Shown piece by piece: positions 1 to 51,563 of a stretch of 64,000 bases of DNA (positions are counted from its first letter, which is position 1; each line of letters starts with the position of its first letter). The notes under the pieces are model-generated. The model was given only the letters and a program-made list of their open reading frames with translations, was not told the DNA's origin and ran no database searches. A program made the translations under genes and the position numbers. Source of the DNA: Tubulanus polymorphus (taxonomy: Eukaryota > Animalia > Nemertea); NCBI RefSeq assembly GCF_964204645.1, contig NC_134028.1, positions 5,518,001 to 5,582,000 on the forward strand. Reading direction: 5' to 3'.

Positions 1-121
1 CTACGTATAACTAAGTGTATTTTAGCGCCATCTGGTTTGTGCCGATACCCCATTGATGATAACATTTTTTGAAAAAACAAAATCATGGTCTTTACACCCT
101 CGGTATGTTGAACATTTCTAG

Positions 122-36742
<36,621 letters not shown>

Positions 36743-39700
36743 AGGCATGCGTATCGAATGAATAAAGGCAGATCCGGAAATACCTTTTCAGGGACGTATG
36801 TACCAGCTGTCGAGTTCTATGTCGCCGAAGTGGTAGTAAAAAAGTGCCGAGGAGCCATTTTTCAAGGTCAATGCGATTGGCGGGAAAATGGGCGGAAGGA
36901 CTTGCGGTAGCAGAACGTTACTCCGCATAGTTGACCCTCGCCGAGAAAACTGTTGTTTCTAGGGCATTAGCAATTTCGAGGGATCTTTACGAGTCCCGTA
37001 CGTTCCCGTGGTTCAATGCGGAACGGGTATCAGCTAGCTGGAGAGGAAAAATGTCAGGCGACCGCCAGAATGGAGGATTCGTAATCACTAGCCAGATACG
37101 ATCAAATATTGTGAATATTGTGAATACATACTTGGTGATCTTGTCGGCTAAATTAGTGTGTATGTGTGCGTTCTTTTTTTTTAACAAAGTGCAATCAGAA
37201 ATATCGATGTCGGTCAGTGGTGAAAGTGAAAGAACGATCGCGTCTGAATCGTAGGACTGTTAAACCCTCGAGGAAATGAGCAGAAAGAGCGAAAAGAGAA
37301 TAAAAATATTTTGTCATTCCTACTATTTATTGCATACACGTAGTATGATACAGTATCTGCAACTTGATGAAACCACCTCTTTACTCTTTATACGCCGTGG
37401 CCGGTTTCAATTCATACACTGGGTTCAGATTGCATTAGCTGTCTACCTAATCTAATGTTGAAGATGTTTCCCAGTGGACTGAGTGGTTAGTCTATAAAAT
37501 GCCAAACCCCCATCCCCACCTCTCAATTCTAAAACTAGAGCATTCAGGGACCGCAGAGCAGGCGGCTTAGCCTCTCCCAATATTTTGCTTCCCAAATGAT
37601 TTGTAATATAGATTTTGCATTTCAAGTGCAGACCCCGAATTCCCCTGTTAAATCTTATCATTTGCACTTTCATGATCCTAGAACCCCATTTAGTGTGGTA
37701 CTTCACCAATTAGCCCCCCTTCAATCCGAAGGCCGCTCCGTAGCCCCTGGCATTCTTCATATCCAGAAATGATTTTTATGGAAGAAAACATGGTAATAAA
37801 CGTATTGTTTACATAGATATTGAGTACTGGATGGTTTCACATGATTGAATCAGGATCTGTAATATTAAGTTATGGTATTATTATCATCATTTTATATTCA
37901 TTATCGTCATACGATATCGATACAATTAACGACTATTATTGATAAACGCATATCTCGTAATAGCAGCATCTGTGCTTATCGAAAATTATATATCGTTGTC
38001 TAGAAATAATCGATTTTTTCGTTTCTGGTAATTTTAAAAACAAAAACTTATTTGCACCTGGTTTTTACATCTAGTATAACTCGCTTGATACGGATCAGTC
38101 GAATCCGGATTTTCATCTAACACGGATTATTATCTATTGTTCATCTTATACATAAATGTATGTAGAATACGGTTCAAAATCTGAATTTATCATATGAGCC
38201 GAACTGATGTCATCGGTCCTAAATGAACCTGGTGTCATCGGTCCTAAATTATCCTGGTTAACTAGTCTTTACTATAATACTGAATCCAGAGTTAAATGTG
38301 GTGTTTGTAAAGTAATTGTGTACATGTATATTGACAGTAGACTCGATCTAAGAATTTCTAGCATTTGATAATTTGGAAAAAAAGTTACAGGCAGGGGCGG
38401 ATTAAGGGATTGGTTTCGGGGTCCGGATCCTTGCCTTCCCATTGAGGTTGCCGTTTACGTCTAACCAGAGATAGTTAAAACTTCCAATTTGACACTCATC
38501 CTCTCAGAATTTGCATCTTTTAGGATGTATTTTGTCAAAACTATCTTAAAACGGAGGGTGGAGCCCCACTAGTGGCCTTTAACCTGGCTGCTTTATCCGA
38601 GACATGCCATTTCTCTTCTTCTGGACCCTGGCCTGCCAATTTACCTAGATCCGCCCCTGCCAGTGTCAACACGATGAAATGTTCAAAGTACCAAAACGCT
38701 GCCAGCTGAGTCTATTGTTCATAGTGCGTACTATTAATCAAAGTTGAAAAAATCTGTGATGAAATGATGATTATAGAATGAACATACCTCATGCAGGTTA
38801 CCGGAATTAAAGAGAAAATTAACAACACGCGATCTATTTGGCGTTAAGAGTAACAATCAAAATGTTGTATCAACTCGACTAGTAATCATTCAGAAATGAA
38901 AAGTTGTCTGCGTGTCAAAATTTATCCCGAATCTTGCTCAGCCTGTCAATACTAGGATGAAAACCGGCAGAAAGCTGACAACTTCAGACTCGTCCTAAGA
39001 TTCAAGTCCATATTTGGACTCGACGCGAGTATAGGCCGCTAGACCTAACGTCTGACCTAGACAAACAAAACCTTAATGAATATCTCTAGTCAATTAAATG
39101 TGTACGCTGCCATTTTAATGATAATTATTTATTATAGTATAAGTTATGATGATATTTATTATTTTACTAGAGTTTTAAGCAGTGTGCATAAATACCACGT
39201 AACTAAATACACATTGCCTGCGACTGTTTTCTTTTAGATGTGATATCCTGTTTACATTTTACAACACCGCTTTTGGCGATACGAAGATATAGGTTCGATT
39301 AGAGGATATATTTTTACGTCATCGTGTCACTGAATTACCATTTTACCTCCGGGATATTTTTTCTTTAAAAACTTTTTTGCGCTTTTACGCTACATCGCTA
39401 CATCGGCTATAGCAGTACGTGCATTTTCTACTTTCATTTGACATAATGTATAAATATATATATATACATATATACATATACGCTATTTTACCAACGTTGT
39501 ATGCCTTAAAATGCATGTACTTTTAAAACTACCCTCAAGATCTCTATATTTGTTAGAATCCATCACCTACATTTGCATATACGTGTATATTGAAAATATA
39601 GAACGTGTAGTTTTATATCGAAATCGGCTGCGACTGGAGCCAACGCTAAAATTTTATTTGGATTGAATTCGTCCGCTTAAGAATTTGATACGGACTTACC

Positions 39701-40965
39701 GCTTGCATGTACGCTTATCCCCAGCCATCGAAATGCGCATAAGTTGGTTATTCAAGTGTTGTTATGCGTGCACGGCCGGCGACGAGCATTTTTCCGTCAT
39801 TTGGCTTTTGTGTCATGTAGCTATCATAATTTATTTAAAGGCTCGGTCCAGTTAATGTCCGGTTTATGGCCAGTAAAACCCATCTACTGGACCGCCATTA
39901 TCCCGAGAATGCTGCTACCTGTACCCCGTAAACAAAAAACCGAATCCATTAATCGTCGTGTATGTTTCTGTTTTTGTGTCAATGGTGAAAATACATCTTC
40001 GCTTTATCGAGAAAATGCCCCTGGTTTTGAACGGCCGAATATAAGCCACCTCTGGCTGTTTGTAAATAGCGTTTTTTTTGTCTATTTTAGTCTGTGTATT
40101 TTTTACACGTCTAGTCTCTCTCGTAAAATGATATGATTGTTATTTGTTGATAGATGTCTTTGAAGACGTATTATTGATATTATTATACCAAAGTTTATTT
40201 AGATTATTTAGCTCGATCGGTTGATATTAATAGTAGATAATTAAATGCCACACAATAATGAGTAATTCGTAAGCTCTGCTCGGATCCGACCCACTAGGAT
40301 ATAACCGTTTAATTCGGACGGATATTTTCGTGGAAATGATTTCGCCGGTCCTTCTCGTCTATAACTCGAAAAACTCGCTCTCAAATGGGACGAATTATCA
40401 CACAGTCTAATAAAGATCCTGAGCGGAGAATTGGTACGTACGTGTCATCTATGTATTTGTTACTTCTACGTATTTTGATTCGTTAGATTTTTAAAATGTT
40501 AGAAGCAGATCCAGGTAAAATTACCGGTCGGATCTTCGTGAAAAATCCCGAATGCCTCGTTACGATAAGCCGTTTGATTCGGGTTTATTTTTAAAACGGT
40601 TTGACTTACTTTCTCCTTGGATCGACTAAATATGCTTGAACGCGGTGGTTGCATTAGTCGTTTCCGCTGTTTTGATGCGAAACTGCGTATAGACCTGTCA
40701 ATAGAAATATCATTGAGTCATTTGCAGCGAAATTCCGTTAGATATAAAGTAACCACCTAACGTTATCTGCAGCTTATAATCATCTGATGTATCATGTACC
40801 AAAGAGCGAGAGAGAGAGAGAAGAAAGAAGCACCAGACACACATGTTAATTATGTTATGTTTTATGATTTGATTTTGCCGTCTCCTTTTGTAACTTAAAA
40901 AAAACAAAACTTGTGTGTTTAGAGAAATGAAATGATTGTAATAAAGTTTTACACGTTAAATTCAG
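36743..40965 (+). other. Probable long 3'UTR of slo, with AATAAA at 36761 (proximal) and 40940-40945 (distal)
   Basis: No further slo exons; AU-rich; the distal AATAAA is followed by a U/GU-rich tract (gtttcgcttttgtttccg). Confidence 0.5.
38392..38659. mobile_element. MITE with TIR CAGGGGCGGAT inside the putative 3'UTR; degenerate relative at ~42481-42750
   Basis: caggggcggatt...gatccgcccctg. Confidence 0.7.
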
Positions 40966-43603
40966 ACGTTTCGCTTTTGTTTCCGTCGATTTTCAACGCA
41001 CGCAAAGGACCGAAGTGGAGTGAAGCTGATATAGCGTGTATAGGTACCCCCGTATAGGCTCGCGCAAAACTGAAGTACTGGTGGAGTAGCGTTATAATGG
41101 GATATGCTCAATATTCAAATCTAACGACGACTGCTATCTGAGACTTGTAGTTTCTACTCTTTTTAAGAGCTCTCGACCAACTACTATACGAAAATACTCG
41201 AAAAATCAGAATATTATTTCTTGCTCATTTTTAATGGAACTATACTATACTGGAAGATGCCAAATTACTCTCATTTTTCGGTGAAAATTACTACATTTAG
41301 AAATACCACCAGGTCAGTTGTTCAAAAGTTTTGAGTTAACCAATGGATTTAAGTGCAGTAGTGACAATTAGATTTGCATTGTTACCATAGTATTTGTCCG
41401 CCAGTTAACTAAACCAAATTTTCTGTGACAGGCCCCGGGTCTGGATATGTTTGTCAATGAATCAGCGGTCAGTTCCAGAATAACCAATAGATTTCTATTC
41501 GATACTAGTTGCTAAGTTTTGTATACCGGTATGTATGAAACATTTCGACCCATTTGCGGAATTCAATTTGATGTGCCGGACTGGTCCCCGCCAATTGTGG
41601 TTCACGGAATTTAAAAACGAGCTGTCGACTGAATCACGCGCTTAGAATCAACATTTTGCTTACTATACCAAACCGAATGAGCATTTTATTTGAACGATTG
41701 TTTTGAGTATGTAGGCTACGATGTATTTGCTTGCAATTCGTTATATCGAGTTTTCTTGAAGCGAGCATTTGTCAAGTTGAAACCGAATACCGTAATTGTA
41801 CTATTTACGTCAATAGTCTCTGTATTGGTTTCCATCGGGAGCCCAAAGAATCTAATCGTCTCCGGAAACTGTGACGATATGCAACGTATACGCACTACTT
41901 TGTTTAAAAGCTCTGGGTATAGTTTCACGAACTAACAACACTTGCTATACTACAAAATGTTTCCTTCTGAATTAGCAGATCTTACAGTACCTATTACGAT
42001 CGACAATAAGCTTCGAGAACAACAGCTCGGGTACTAGAAGAATTATTTCCTATAACATTTGCATTTAAAAGTCTTGTGTAATGCTGCAACATTCTACGCA
42101 CTCAAATCTCTGGACAAAAAAACATTTCAACACTGTAATGAAGATTGCTGCCATTGTTAAGCATGATTTCTGTGGCCTATTCGCACTAAACGAATAGAGA
42201 CAGACTATTACAATCCTCGATATCATCGAATAAATACATCATTTCCACACTTAATTTTAATGAATTCACCTGCATCCAATTATCCGTCTGCGTCTGTGGT
42301 CTGATAAATAAATATTAGAGAATGTTATATTCAAATTGCTTCTGCGCCGTTTCTTTTATCTATTCTCTAGTGTCTACGTAAATGTATTCAGCATTATTTC
42401 TCTCTAGATAGATAACGTGAGCCTCGATTTATTCATAAAAGACGTAGTTTATTCAGTACTAAGGGACACTCGAAAATTTGCAAGTGTGGATCTAGGATTC
42501 CTCGAAGGAAGTGGACCTGGAATTGAAACGGGCACTTAATTTTAGAAGGGCAGATTTGGCAATTTTAGGGCCGAAAGCACTAAAAATGACCCATTTTGAA
42601 TTTATTTTTGTCCTGCTAAAATTATCTTTGCGGAAAAAGTTTCCGGATTTTTTGGAGGGTATTCAAATTTTGAAGGGGTGGACTAGCCCACCCGGTCCAC
42701 CTCCTTTAATCAGCCCTTTATCCCCCCCGCAAAGAATAGAGTCCGCTGTTCAGTGATTGAATTGGTATCATCTGAAGGTTGGTAGGACTCATGTGATTAT
42801 AGAGATCAGTCGGTTTGATGAGTAGGTTTTACGCATGATTCGCGCGCGTTGGTTTAACCAGTTAACTCCGTACATATCGGCTGATTCCTGTATGCGTATC
42901 GGCAAATACGATATCTAATCGGACAGAGTTGATATACATATATAAGAAATATTAGTTGTTTCAGATCCATAGATACATCTTAGCGGGCAGAATTTATCGA
43001 TATACAATGGAAGAAATTAGAACCTAATGATATATGTAGCTAGCCAGCGGATAGAAATGTAATTTTCATCGGTTGATATCTACTGATGTCTTTTTTTTCT
43101 GAGAAATAACCGCTGGTGTTTTCATGAAATCCATTGCGGAGATGTTGTAGATTTCTGTCGTCACTACAAGAAACCAGGGAGATCTTCCACTGAAGAAGCT
43201 TACCGTTCGTCATAGCAGGTTCTTCATTTTTGTGTCTATTTTCCACGATATATGGCGTAAAATATAGATAATCTAAGAGCTTTTTGAAATCGATTATAAC
43301 TGAAAACACCTGCCCGACTTAACGCTGAATTCTTTCTTATCAACGCAAATCTATACTTATTCCGTCAATAGTCCGCCCGATTCGTCGTCTCAAGTATATA
43401 TATCAAAATTGATTCTCTACCTTCCACTGTCTCTGAATGCAAGTTCAACACGTTGATGTGAGGTATTCAACTAACAACCTAGCTTTAATTATACATGCAC
43501 CCATACAATTTCAAGACGGTCATTTCTACACTTTAAATACTAAGATCTAAGATGGAATTATAGTTGATTTAGGTGACCATTTTAACATTTCTGGTTAACA
43601 CCC

Positions 43604-43787
43604 TTAAGTCAAACGCGCATCGACGCAAGGAACATAGAAACACGAAATCAAACATGTATGATCTCGGAAACATTGTTTCCCGAAACCGTGTTTCTCGTAA
43701 ATGCTCACGACACCGGGATTTTCTCGGAAGCATGTTTCGGTCTCCTTTATTTCCTTGTTTCCCAGCGTCGTGTGCGTAAGGCTTTAA
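43604..43787. mobile_element. MITE family (AACGCGCA.CGACGCA / GCGTCGTGTGCGT termini), copy 1
   Basis: Inverted termini; homologous to ~60381-60564. Confidence 0.7.
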
Positions 43788-46700
43788 GAAGCCATTCGAT
43801 TTTCCATTTCACCGTAGAGAAAACCTAAAAACATAAAACGTTTCGTTTTTTATTCTCATAATCCTCCGGAAAGTTCCGACCTAGAAGATTGCCCGTGTAG
43901 AGGTGATTATTTACATTTATATGCTAGTAGTGTCCACATAAGTGGAACTTAGTGACAGTAGCTCGGAAGTTAGTCCACTGACCATCGCTAATAAGGAAGC
44001 GTTTTAAACCGCGCAGAGACTGTTCACGTACTGTTTGTACAGACATATACCACTCAGCCACCTCAGTCACTGGATGAAGCATGAAGATGAGAATTCGAAA
44101 CGGATCATTCCTCTCAGTCCATAATCCTCAGTGCATAATTCTAAGCTTCAAGTGATTCCCAGAATTCAAGCCAGCTCCCGCGGTATCTACGAAGTATGCG
44201 AAAGTACCGCTCTGGGTACTGAACTAAAGTCTCTCAGAACTCGAATTTAAGTTTAGTCTTTAGTCATCGTTATTTTTTTTAAATCTTGAAATAGGGATTG
44301 ACCTAGATTTCGTTTGATTTGTTTTAATTTAGTGTTCCCTACAAACCCACCCCACCTGCCGCGAGCGAAACATGGGGTCTGATTTTGAATTCAGAAATCG
44401 AAGTACAGATATAGTTGTGTGATCAGCGGTCGAATTTACAGAATTTATTGTTTAAAACATCGAGATTTTGGAAATAACTATACTAGTATTTTGAAGATTG
44501 TTTTGTCCATTCTAATATTTTTGTCGTTTTCCACGTGTAAAATACGTAGTGCGAAAGTTTATTGTAGTTGTTTTCTTGGGTGGATGTTGATGTTGATGTA
44601 GAAGTTGATTGATTGTCGCTGTTAGTTATCAACCGTGAGGCCAAGATTCGAACCCATCAACCCGGGGATTGATACATCCCCAAGTCATTAAGATGTCTTG
44701 ATTCTTTTGAAATAAGTATTTGTAAAACGAAACGAAAATATAGCCATGTTCATCGAGGCTAATTTTCATATTGCTGATGCTAATATTCATTGCTTTGAAA
44801 ATCTTTTTGAAATGGTGATACCGTTGATGTCTGCCTGAAGATTGATCACGTTTCATCGGTCAGAGGTTCGCGACAGTGTCTGGTCGGTCTGACAGATGAA
44901 ACGTAAAAAACAGTAGTTCATTAATAAGACGCGAGATGCAGGACGTAGCACGAGGAAGTCAACAAAAGGAATCTCATACAATCATCTCAAATATTCATCT
45001 CAATAATATGTCGCCCCCACAAATAGCTGGGGTGATTAAAGTTGAAACGACGTTTTCGGCACCCGAGCGAAGTTGGCTATGTTCCTTGTTCTTTATTGGA
45101 AGGTGACATTTCCAATAAGTAACAGACCTCCTAAGAGGTAATGAGAGGTCATCTGTAATTTTTTTAGACGTTTTCACTACTAGATGCGTTTTTATTGAAA
45201 CTATAGTGCTGAATCTATTTAGGTGGATTTGATAACGGTGGGGGCGAAAAACATACAAAGTCGAATAAGAAGCCGAATAAGAAGCCAATTTCATATTTGA
45301 ATGAGTAGCCGAATAAGGAACCAGGAACAAGTAGCCAGCTGAGGTATTTTTGGCATTATATGAAAATTAAAGAATGAAATTTCCTCGGATTTTTTTCAGG
45401 TCTTTTAAAGCATTTTCTGTTGTGTATATGTTCGCTATTGTGTGTGATGTCGCTAATTGCCCACTCGTCCAATCTCTAACCACTCCGATATCTCCAGTTT
45501 AATCACAAAAACCCGCGAATAGAAAATCGTCGAGAAAGAGGAAATCAAATAGAAAATATTCCGCCGACTTGGAACGGTTCTGTAACAGCCATGTAAGTCA
45601 CTTAGCTCCTTCACAATAACTTGATTTTCACGCATTTTGCGAACAGTTTCAGCACTCGACTAAGTACAGTACTTGAGCCGTAATCTAATAGTTAAAGGCA
45701 AAAACAGCCCCTCATCTCGATTCGCAGTATGAAGACGTGCAATTAGTCGTCGTCAATAAAACGACTTCACGCGACACTGGTAGGCTAGGGAGATTGGGTG
45801 ATGTCAGGGATGCTGAGGGTCCCCCTTTAAGGCCAGCTTATGTTTGGTAGTTGCCAATCGTTACTAAATCAATTCCAGCTGTATATTTCCATTATCAAAC
45901 GCTTTGGATTAGGTTTTCAAGCGAAATTGTAATCCGCGCGTGAATGGCTGGGCTAGAATATATTTATATCATTTATTCATAACAGTGTCATCTTATACGG
46001 CACCCACTACAGCAATAATATCTTGCTACAAAACAGTAACAACAAATATTTCAGCGCAAAAAGTGATTTTGATTATGTCACAGACGACGATTTATTGCCG
46101 TACCTGGTGATCCTGTGATTTATCGTGTGGTCATGGAAAAACTGGGTTCGCCGAAAACTTCATTAGCTTGCCTCGAATCATCACACGCAGCAACTTGTAT
46201 ATTTTCGTTTTATTGGTAAGTGCGGTTCATTAAATGGAGACCCTCTTACTTCCAATGGATGAAGTTCCATGTTTATGCTTCCTTCCAATTTTCACGACTG
46301 GTCAGAACCGGCGCACTGCGATACGCGCCAAATCAAAAAGTTTTAACTTTTAAACTGTTAGATTTCTTTGTAAATTGCAGGCATCTATATCTGCAGTGTG
46401 TGCCCTTCAAATTTGATACTTTATCACCGATCTTCCGAATGTAAGTGTTCCATATGTTCAGGACTTCACTTCAGGCATTTTTTGAATGAACATTTACTGA
46501 TGAATGCCGTGGACATTTACTGATAAATGCCATGAAAGTTTAATCACCATAGGCTTTTCAAAAAGTGTATTGAGTTGCATTCGGTAGCATATATGCATAT
46601 TATTCAGATTTATGTATTTTGTTGGTGTATTCACAAACCGATACGAACTGAGACCAATTTATAATTCACACGGAAAATTGGATCAAAGGAAACTAACTGC

Positions 46701-49700
46701 TTATTGAATTACAGCGAACGCTCGGCAGACACGGAAAAACTAAGTTCAGTATCGATCTAGATGGATTCAAGATCTGGGGAAATATCAGTCGCTTGAGTCT
46801 TAACCGTTGGAGTATATATTAATTAATAAACTAATCCTGTGTAGATCAGCTGAACTAATATTAATATTAATCGCCTATGATGACGTCTTCATCGGGGAAT
46901 AACGTGTTTATACAGCATTATTCTATGGACCCTATACTGTGTCGCACACGCGAGATGTCTCACTTAGCACATTAATCAAAAGTGTTAAATAATAACGGTC
47001 GACACCTGAGGTATCTTTCTGATCTGATCGGGTGATATGAAAAATATCCAATCGCCACCAGTCAGCCAGTAGGCCTACGTAATCTGTAATCATCACGCGA
47101 CACTGCCGTATATTCGACGAGCGATTCTAAAGACCTCGAAAAACGACGACGCAAAAAGTCTCAGAAAGTTTTAAAAAGGAAAACGGCTTAAATTCGAGAC
47201 ACGACCGGGTTTGGAATTTCGAAATATTATAGATCGTTCGATCTAACGCCGCACTAAGAGCAGTCTGAGTTAAAGCGCTACATAGCAATTTCTTCCGAAT
47301 CCTTCAAACGATGGAAATTGACAATTAAAGCGATTAGTACGCCGTAGCATTTCGCATTTCTTGCGCGGCAGTTCGCGAAGGATTGATCGACCGAGAGAGG
47401 AGCCCTGTAAACCCGAGCAGGTTTTAAGACCATTAAAGTTCAATCCCTCCATTTGTAATTAGTCGAAGCATTTCATATTAGAAAAAAAAGTCGGAGTGAA
47501 ATCGGATCGGTGTAATCGATTGATGGGATGATTTAATGATAATGGCAATGTTATATTCATAAACAAATTGTGGCCATGTAGTTCTGATACGAGGTTCCAG
47601 CTCAGAGTTTACCAACACAAACAATGATGTACCAATTTGAAGGCTAATTTATTGAACAACGTTGAGGGAGAGATAGACAGAGAAAAAGAGCAAAAGCCTA
47701 AGAAAAGAGAGTGCATGAGCAGTCAAGAGCGAGTTTTTGGGCCATTCGAGTTTCTAGTCCTCCACTAGACAACGGTCAGACGTGATTAGAACCAATAATG
47801 AAGTAATCAAAAAAATCAATCTTCTGTATCAGTTCACCTGAACCCCCAATGTTTGGTGATTTTATTGCATGAAATCAAATCTCTAATAGCATGAAATCAA
47901 AACGATTTGAAGACGAAAAGCAATTCCTTTTATCACTGCATGTGATTTACTCAAACGAAAAAGAAGACTTTCATGGGTGTAAATATTCACACCGATGTAT
48001 GTATTATCAACGTGGCCATTTTACTGTGTATTGTGAAAAAAATACATGCACATAGAAAGATTAATTAGACCTACGAGCGATCATCTCTACTTAGATGATT
48101 GCTCGTAGATTAGACCTACTCGAATCTTTTACAGCAAGGGGTATTAATCTGTGTATACAGAAAAACATCAACCGTACGCGAATATTCTGTGTCAACAAGA
48201 AAAACTATTACGCACGAAATCAAAGGAAATTCTAATCGAAATTTATGGTATCGAAGACGTAAAAGTAGGTATAATAATGTAGCAAGCAAACGATGACTTA
48301 ATTACTGATGAGCAACGTGTTTAATCAGTATATACGGTTTCAGTTGGGTCTGAATGTAGGGAGGCTGTATAAAGTCAACCGGAAGAGGAAACGGTACAAA
48401 CCGATACAGTCCAATATATACGCACTTGTCGTTATACTATACCATTCAGACATGCATGCCTCAAATTGAGAATACTCAGCAAATTTGCATAATAACCTTT
48501 TTTACGTTTGTTGTTTATTGACGTCAAGTATCATGAAAATCACTACCTACGAAACCCACACAAACTTTATATTTACATATTTTGTAGATTATTGATTTAT
48601 CGTATAGTAAAGCGCATTCCTTATTAGAACATACGTTGTTTTTACCCGGTTACTAAACGGCGTGGTTTGCTCACCGGACCTGCCGAATTGCCAAATTACT
48701 ATGATCTTAAGATATATAGGGACTGGCCCTGTTATTCGTTTGATTGGTAGATTTCGTTAGAATTGTTTTGATTTGGTGTCCCTTACAAACCCACCACACC
48801 AGCCGGGAGCGACAATTACACAGGGGACGTAGAAATTATCAGATGTCTGCAAAAACATAAACCAAGTTCAAATTAATGATTTCTCCAAAGCGCTGAAAAA
48901 CCATACGGGGTCGTGTATAATCTAGGGGCCATCCAGGCATTTGAGAATATGAAACTTGGATTACCGAGGTGTTCCGTCTAGGCGATTCCTTGAATTGTTT
49001 TGAGGAATACGCCTAAAAGTGCACCGTTAGACGTTTTTTCCTATAGAATTGCGAAGATTCAGCCAACCTCGATGGCTTGTTAGAAAAACCAAGTCAAGGT
49101 CTATCATTATTCGCAGTCGACAAGCGAAGATTCAATGCACGTAACTGTTGGATCTATCCAACCTAGGAAATTGAATTATAATTGCAAAATTGTCTAACAA
49201 TTCGAAGCTTATTTACAGCATTGTCAACGCAACCGATTGTCAGTGACACGCGAAGGACTCTAGCACGAAAGACCAGAAGACAGCGGTAACCGCCATGAAG
49301 TTATCAACTATTATTTTCGCTGTTACTATCGAAGTTTTTAATTATACGAAATCATTACTAAGGAAGTTGCATTTAGCTTCAGTTTCAAAATTATCAAACA
49401 ATATGTAGATCATTATGATAGAGAAACTCTGATTTTGTAATCACGTTTTGATTTTAAGGAACAATCGTCGTGTCTAGACAGCTCTTTCTCTTAGATTTTT
49501 TCGAAGCGGAAAATTGAAAAAAAAGAAATACAAACGTCACCAGAATCAGACACACCTACACTTTATGCAAAATGTGTGTGTAATGGGAACTCACACTACC
49601 TGCTGCCCTGGGGGAACTTTCTGTTAGATAAAACATTTTCAGAATTTTCTCCAAGATATCAATATCATCACGGTATAAAACATTTTCTTAAATTAATTTT

Positions 49701-50650
49701 GAAATTCAATTCCACATAAAGTATTTAATTCCGAGATATTATCTCGGCGAGTAAATCCGTCAATTTTTCTATTTGACGAAAAGTATTTTATTGCGAGGCA
49801 TTATTTCAGATTGAATTGAGAGAACATTTTATTTGATAAAAACATCCGCGGGACAGCGGGTAGTGTGAATATTCATCGTATAAAAACAAATTAGAATCAA
49901 TTCTGTCGTAATCAGGAAAAATCATTTCGATTGGATATCAATGTTTGGCGATTTTATTTTTTGAGTCGATAATGTCAGAATTGATTTTTGTTTCAAATGT
50001 CTTTGTCTCATGTCTCTAGGACCCTCCGCAAAGGAGTATTACAGATAATACTTTAGCTTTGAGCCGTCTGTCCTCCTCTTATTGGTTAGATTTTACAGTC
50101 CAAGATCATAACAGCGCTGTGAAATATGATTTTCGGTGATTACGCGTATATTACGGCCAAAGCTAAGTTTCCATTTATGTGAGTTAGGTCGCATTAATAA
50201 TTGACCTGATGGAAAACAAATCACCGTCGTATTTTCACCACAGACGCGATATTACCACGTACACGCCGCCAGTCCATACGTGGATACATCAACGCGCATT
50301 ACTGATCAGTCAGTCGGCCTTTTGGAGTCATATCTGCCGTGGGAATCAATGCGCATCGGCTTTAGTCTCTCCGGTATTGCCGTTAACCTGCCCTGGCACC
50401 GGGTCTGTCTGCGGTTATGCGAAGGATTTTTCTGAACGACTTTTTTTTTATAAAAAAAGTTGCTATACGCATGAACGTAGCCGTTTCCTTTCGTGTATTA
50501 TCAGTCATCTACGTTGCCATAAAAACTAGGGTGGAACCGAAAGTTTCAATCGTTTCTGAGAAATCTGTGTCAATTTGTGTGATCAATTGATCAATTCGAA
50601 ATTTCAAAACCTTTCAGAGTTTCCGACATCAGAATTGATGAAATAACAGG

Positions 50651-50707
50651 CAGGAAGTGACGTCACTAATGACATTTCAATCAACAGCAAACTGCGCCAT
50701 CTAGGAG
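50651..50707. promoter_or_regulatory. ETS-CRE composite (CAGGAAGTGACGTCAC) next to a CTCF-like motif (reverse strand CCTAGATGGCGCA)
   Basis: Motif matches only; about 0.7 kb upstream of the putative promoter. Confidence 0.35.
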
Positions 50708-51329
50708 TTGATATACGACCGATTATTTCATTCGTCTACGTATCACTTATTTCATAAACTATCGTTTCATATCATCATTTTAAACTCGCTCTCGATGATT
50801 TGAAACGCCCGGAGACCCGAACTGCAGTTATAGTTTCCGGCGTCAAGAGGATCCACCCGATAATTTTGTGCCGAATGACGTAGATTCAAAGTCCCTTTGA
50901 TCTCCGGATCGTCAAATGTCGCCCGGAAAAAAGTTTTAAATTAGCGTGATAACTATTTTCATCTCGAGATAAATCTCTTGTCTGGAAGCGAGTTTGAAGT
51001 CAGAATACGAACTTTGATTATTCGATCATTTCGAGCATATATTGTGTACATTTCTGTCCGTGTCTATTATTAGTTCAAGTGTAAAATTGTCGGATCAAGA
51101 ATTAATATTCTATGACAAATTACAACATTTTGTAGAATTAAAATCGATTAATTGTTCCATAATTGTTAATTATTTCGACTTCAGTTCGATTCCGCGTGTG
51201 TATTGGTAAATATGCACTTCATGTGTATATATTTGCAATACGCAGGGAACGCTGACTGGCAAGACGCATTGTTGGTTTTAGCGTCACGTAGTCTTCCAGC
51301 ATCAATAATACACCCGCAAAATCGATCCC

Positions 51330-51543
51330 GCCGCGCTGATTGGTCGACGAACTAACGTACTCGTCAACGCGCATGCGCAACGCCTACTGAAGTCCGGAAA
51401 GCGGTGGCAATTTAAAAGGTAAAACCTGGGCTTTGTTTCGATCACTATTAGGACGGTAACCACATCGCGCGCACACTAGTGATATTCTGCAGTGTGATAC
51501 TCTAAAAATCTTCGTCAGAAAAATCAGTTTCAGTTCAGGCAAA
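51330..51543 (+). promoter_or_regulatory. CpG-rich promoter-like region and 5'UTR: reverse CCAAT (51339), NRF1-type GCGCATGCGC (51369-51378), ETS-type CCGGAA (51394), TCAGTT initiator-like motifs (~51524)
   Basis: Cluster of motifs immediately upstream of an ATG and a strong donor. Confidence 0.55.
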
Positions 51544-51563
51544 ATGACTACAACGACGTTAAG
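51544..51563 (+). CDS. First coding exon of a downstream gene (MTTTTL-R), probably a secreted or membrane protein
   Basis: aaaATG start, AAG|gtaaga donor, phase 2; joins in frame to 63439. Confidence 0.55.

Noticed and set aside
46133-46215. ATG-initiated exon with a gtaagt donor as an alternative first exon of the downstream gene
   Set aside because: Splicing to 63439 creates TGA at the junction; no homology recognised.
41000-51300. Many 60-110-aa ORFs in the intergenic region
   Set aside because: No recognisable domains, consistent splice chains or coding-like composition; several overlap repeats.
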